Source of the DNA: Flavobacteriales bacterium
GTDB lineage: Bacteria > Bacteroidota > Bacteroidia > CAIKAF01
NCBI GenBank assembly: GCA_018401695.1
Contig: JAGYKD010000001.1
Coordinates: forward strand, 1,116,016 to 1,180,015
DNA: 64,000 nt
Direction of reading: 5' to 3'
Positions 61,027-64,000 of the stretch are shown here, piece after piece. Made by a program: the position numbers and the translations under genes. Under the pieces are notes generated by a model. That model was not told where the DNA came from. It did not search any database and saw only the letters and a list, made by a program, of their open reading frames with translations. Numbering within the stretch: the first letter of the stretch is position 1; each line of letters begins with the position of its first letter.

Positions 61027-62364
61027 TTATTCCGTTTCTTCTTCCGGCGGTTCTTCCATGGCGCCTAACAAGCGTTGGGCTTGCTCTTCGGGCAGTTCGG
61101 TAACGCCTCTCAATTTGGAAAGCATCATCCGGGTGCGGGTGCCTACCAGTTTGTCGATTTCGTTGTTGGCCTCGCTGATTTTCTTTTGGGCTTTGCCCAG
61201 GACGTCTCCAAAGCGTTGGAATTCGGTTTTTACGGCGCCCAAAATTTCCCACACCTCGCTGCTGCGTTTTTGAAGGGCCAGGGTTCGGAATCCCATTTGC
61301 AGGCTATTCAAAATGGCCGCCAGGGTAGTTGGTCCGGTAACAATGATTTTAAACTCCCGTTGCAGTTGGGCAATCAAATCGGGTTGACGCACAATTTCGG
61401 CAAACAAACCTTCGGTGGGCAGAAACATGATGCCAAAATCGGTGGTGTGCGGCGGCTCCAGGTATTTGTCGCGAATGTCTCGGGCAAATTTTTTCACCGA
61501 TTGGCTCAGGGCGCGCTGGGCGGCATCAATAGCCACTAAGTCGCCGGCATCGTAAGCGCTTTGCAGGCGTAGGTAGTCTTCTTGGGGGAATTTGGCATCG
61601 ATGGGCAAATAGACAGGGCTGTCGTCTTCTTGCCTGCCGGGGAGTTTTATGGCAAACTCTACGGATTCGCTGCTGCTTTTTCGGGTGCGTACGTTGGTGT
61701 CGTATTGCTCTGGGGCCAACACCTGTTCGAGCAGGTTGCCCAGTTGGATTTCGCCTAAAACGCCGCGGGTTTTTACGTTGCTCAGCACCTTTTTGAGGTC
61801 GCCCACGCCGGTGGCCAGGTTTTGCATTTCGCCGAGGCCTTTTTGGACTGCTTCCAGGCGCTCGCTGACCAATTTAAAGGACTGGCCTAAGCGTTCCTCC
61901 AGCGTTTTGTGGAGTTTTTCGTCAACGGTTTCCCGCATTTTTTCGAGTTTTTGCTCGGTAGTTTGCACCAATTCTTGTTGGCGGAGCGACATTTGGTCGA
62001 ATTTTTGTTTTTGGAGTTCATTGAATTCCCGCACGCTGTCCGAAAAGCGTTTTCCAAAGGCGTCGAGTGCGCGCGAAAGTTCTTCGCGGTTGTCTTTGTT
62101 GCCTTTTTCTAAGCCTTCGCGCATGGCGCTTAAGCGCAGCTCCAGTTGTTCGCCCAAGCGGTTAAGCCCCTGCGCCAGCTCTTCTCGATTGTCCTTTAAG
62201 GATTGGGACAATTCGCTGCGGTGTTCGCGCATGCTTTGTTCTATGTAAGGCCGCAGCTTTTCGACCGGATCTTGCTGCGCTTTTTCTGAATGCTTATGTT
62301 TAAAAATTAGGTAAATCAGCAGCAGCAAGGTCATTGCCTGTGCCACCATCCAAAGAATTTCCAT
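61027..62364 (-). CDS. rmuC: DNA recombination protein RmuC
   Basis: N-terminal TM, long coiled-coil, and a C-terminal RmuC nuclease-like domain (…FGIMFLPTEGLFAEI…). Confidence 0.85.
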   Translation of the reverse strand: MEILWMVAQAMTLLLLIYLIFKHKHSEKAQQDPVEKLRPYIEQSMREHRSELSQSLKDNREELAQGLNRLGEQLELRLSAMREGLEKGNKDNREELSRALDAFGKRFSDSVREFNELQKQKFDQMSLRQQELVQTTEQKLEKMRETVDEKLHKTLEERLGQSFKLVSERLEAVQKGLGEMQNLATGVGDLKKVLSNVKTRGVLGEIQLGNLLEQVLAPEQYDTNVRTRKSSSESVEFAIKLPGRQEDDSPVYLPIDAKFPQEDYLRLQSAYDAGDLVAIDAAQRALSQSVKKFARDIRDKYLEPPHTTDFGIMFLPTEGLFAEIVRQPDLIAQLQREFKIIVTGPTTLAAILNSLQMGFRTLALQKRSSEVWEILGAVKTEFQRFGDVLGKAQKKISEANNEIDKLVGTRTRMMLSKLRGVTELPEEQAQRLLGAMEEPPEEETE

Positions 62365-62660
62365 GCTTTTTGCGTTTAGGGTTGAGCTTTGGCAAAAATA
62401 GGGAATATTAGACGCCCGACTTAGCTAAATTTCAGGAAAATAATGGGGCTTTTTATTTCTTTTAATATATAAAACTTTGGTTCTTTATTTTCATTAGAAT
62501 GGAGAAAATCAACGTGTTAAACTTTGCAAAACCTTACATATTTAAATTTATGTGCATTTTAACAAAACGTGAATAAATCTTACTTTTGTTGATTATGTAT
62601 TTGCCTTGCTCACGCATACCATCCGCAAATTAGGCCAAAGGCAGGCCAAACAATACGCTT

Positions 62661-63404
62661 ATGTCCACACACATTATACCCGCCTCCGAAGGTTTAGATA
62701 TTCGTCAACCCGAATCTGTTCAATGGGCCTTTTTGCAAAAGCAAGAAGCTGCCTGGCAGGCCTTATATAGTAAAGAAAAAGAGGGTGGGAGTGCCCGCGC
62801 TTGGCTTCGAAAAGTGGGGCAAGTGTTTGCGGGTCAGCGCTTTCAAATGCTTACGGACCAACATGCGGCAGATTTGGACAGGTATTTGATTACCCACCGC
62901 AAATCGTACCGCAAATTGGCCGAAGAAAATGTAGAATTGTTGGCCCAAGACAAATTGAAGCTCAAGGTTACGGCGCGTCGACGAGGGTGGCTGGGCGGCC
63001 ACGCTACCGCATTTTCCGGCAGGGTTAGGCCCAAAGGACAAAGCGAACTTTTTGCTCATGCCTCCGCCAGCTCCTTGGGCATCCATGACGACCTGTGCTT
63101 TCCTACTGCATTTGAGGGCAATATCGACCACTGGGGCAATATGAAAATGGCAGTAACCGCTTTTGGATGTGGCCCTTACAGAACTTTGCCCAAATCTTAC
63201 AAGGCCGTAATTCATGCCGACGGTCGTATTGATGCCAACATTCATCAGACCCAATGGTTGGGCGGAGCTTTTGGAGCATTGTTTGTAGACCGTATGGGCG
63301 GTAAACATTTTTCGCCTGCCGGTAAGCGTGCCCTTACCTTTCAGAAAAACCTGAATGCACTCCACGAAATGATGACCGATGTCAGGTCAGAACTAAAGCG
63401 TTAA
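62661..63404 (+). CDS. hypothetical protein
   Basis: 247 aa with no recognisable motif. Confidence 0.35.
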   Translation: MSTHIIPASEGLDIRQPESVQWAFLQKQEAAWQALYSKEKEGGSARAWLRKVGQVFAGQRFQMLTDQHAADLDRYLITHRKSYRKLAEENVELLAQDKLKLKVTARRRGWLGGHATAFSGRVRPKGQSELFAHASASSLGIHDDLCFPTAFEGNIDHWGNMKMAVTAFGCGPYRTLPKSYKAVIHADGRIDANIHQTQWLGGAFGALFVDRMGGKHFSPAGKRALTFQKNLNALHEMMTDVRSELKR

Positions 63405-63508
63405 TTTTCCTTTATTCTTACTAAGGCTGCCCTAACGCCGCTTGGCCGTTTATCTTCAAATGCGCAACTTTGAAGCGTCTATGAAAAAAACCAATAAAGA
63501 CGCAGATT

Positions 63509-63985
63509 TTGCTACGATTAAATGGTATGGAGTTGCTTGTTCTTTCCTCATTGACCCTAATCGGTCGTTCCTTTCCCTCTAAGGGACACCACCTGGCCAA
63601 TCGCAGTTTTAGAACCGACGATTTGCCCCAAGACCTTTTTCAGGAGTTGGTGCAGTTTGCCCTTCCGGCATGCCCTTATAGGGTTATTTACCGCATTCAT
63701 AGCATTTTTCCAAACGAAGCCAAGCCACCTGAAAAGGCTTCGCTTTACTTTTTAGGCTGCCCAGAATGCCATGGGGCAGAACCGCCCACACCTTTTGAAC
63801 AATTCGTTATTCCTGCCGGAACCTATGGCCGCCAGGGAATCTTACCCGGGCTATCTTACAACAATCCGGAATTACCCGAGGGCTATCACACAAATGAGCA
63901 CTTATCCTTTGAGCGTCTGCAAATGGACGAAAACTTCAACCGCATTCAGGACATCGACTTTTTTTGTGCCTTGCAGGAAAATTAA
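63509..63985 (+). CDS. hypothetical protein
   Basis: 158 aa with no recognisable motif. Confidence 0.3.
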   Translation: MLRLNGMELLVLSSLTLIGRSFPSKGHHLANRSFRTDDLPQDLFQELVQFALPACPYRVIYRIHSIFPNEAKPPEKASLYFLGCPECHGAEPPTPFEQFVIPAGTYGRQGILPGLSYNNPELPEGYHTNEHLSFERLQMDENFNRIQDIDFFCALQEN

Positions 63986-64000
63986 AAGCAACAGCAACAG

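Overview
The window is a 64-kb chromosomal segment from a Bacteroidota-type genome, about 50% GC. Evidence for the phylum is several C-terminal T9SS sorting domains, an sdhC(b558)-sdhA-sdhB operon, the acpP-fabF-rnc arrangement, an ORF6N gene and HmuY-like/TonB-dependent receptor loci. Most of it is housekeeping. Recognisable genes are sod (partial), glmS, panC-panD, radA, an ABC-F ATPase, a fatty-acid desaturase, sdhCAB, rnc-fabF-acpP (minus strand), rpoN, aspS, plsC, pepP, prfB with its programmed +1 frameshift, rfbA, a dTDP-sugar epimerase-like gene and rmuC. Accessory and unusual content sits between these. (1) Two paralogous secreted proteins (21823-23166 and 59416-61002) share a conserved N-terminal domain, PKD-like repeats and a long glycine-rich region resembling the ALK/Gly_rich (PF12810-type) fold. 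Both end in the identical peptide GQVVITW. (2) A four-helix-bundle (Avd-like, PF05635-type) gene is embedded in about 500 bp of heptanucleotide microsatellite arrays that share motifs and are partly inverse-complementary, followed by an AT-rich 2-kb islet encoding a polytopic membrane protein. (3) A tRNA-Asn(GTT) has its 3' half plus about 45 bp downstream duplicated 1.9 kb away. The duplication brackets a decayed integrated element with no integrase, and TGCGCA-N5-TGCGCA motifs lie at both inner ends. (4) A roughly 150-bp GC-rich dispersed repeat family has at least 4-5 copies, two of them in inverted orientation bracketing a cat-like acetyltransferase gene. (5) A 370-bp higher-order tandem array of perfect hairpins lies immediately upstream of prfB. 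(6) Smaller tandem or direct repeats lie upstream of rpoN and of the ORF6N gene. No CRISPR array, reverse transcriptase, integrase or transposase was found. The most interesting items are repeat-associated or architectural oddities rather than a clearly delineated multi-gene system. All coordinates for non-ORF features were read by eye from the sequence and are approximate to +/-2 bp.
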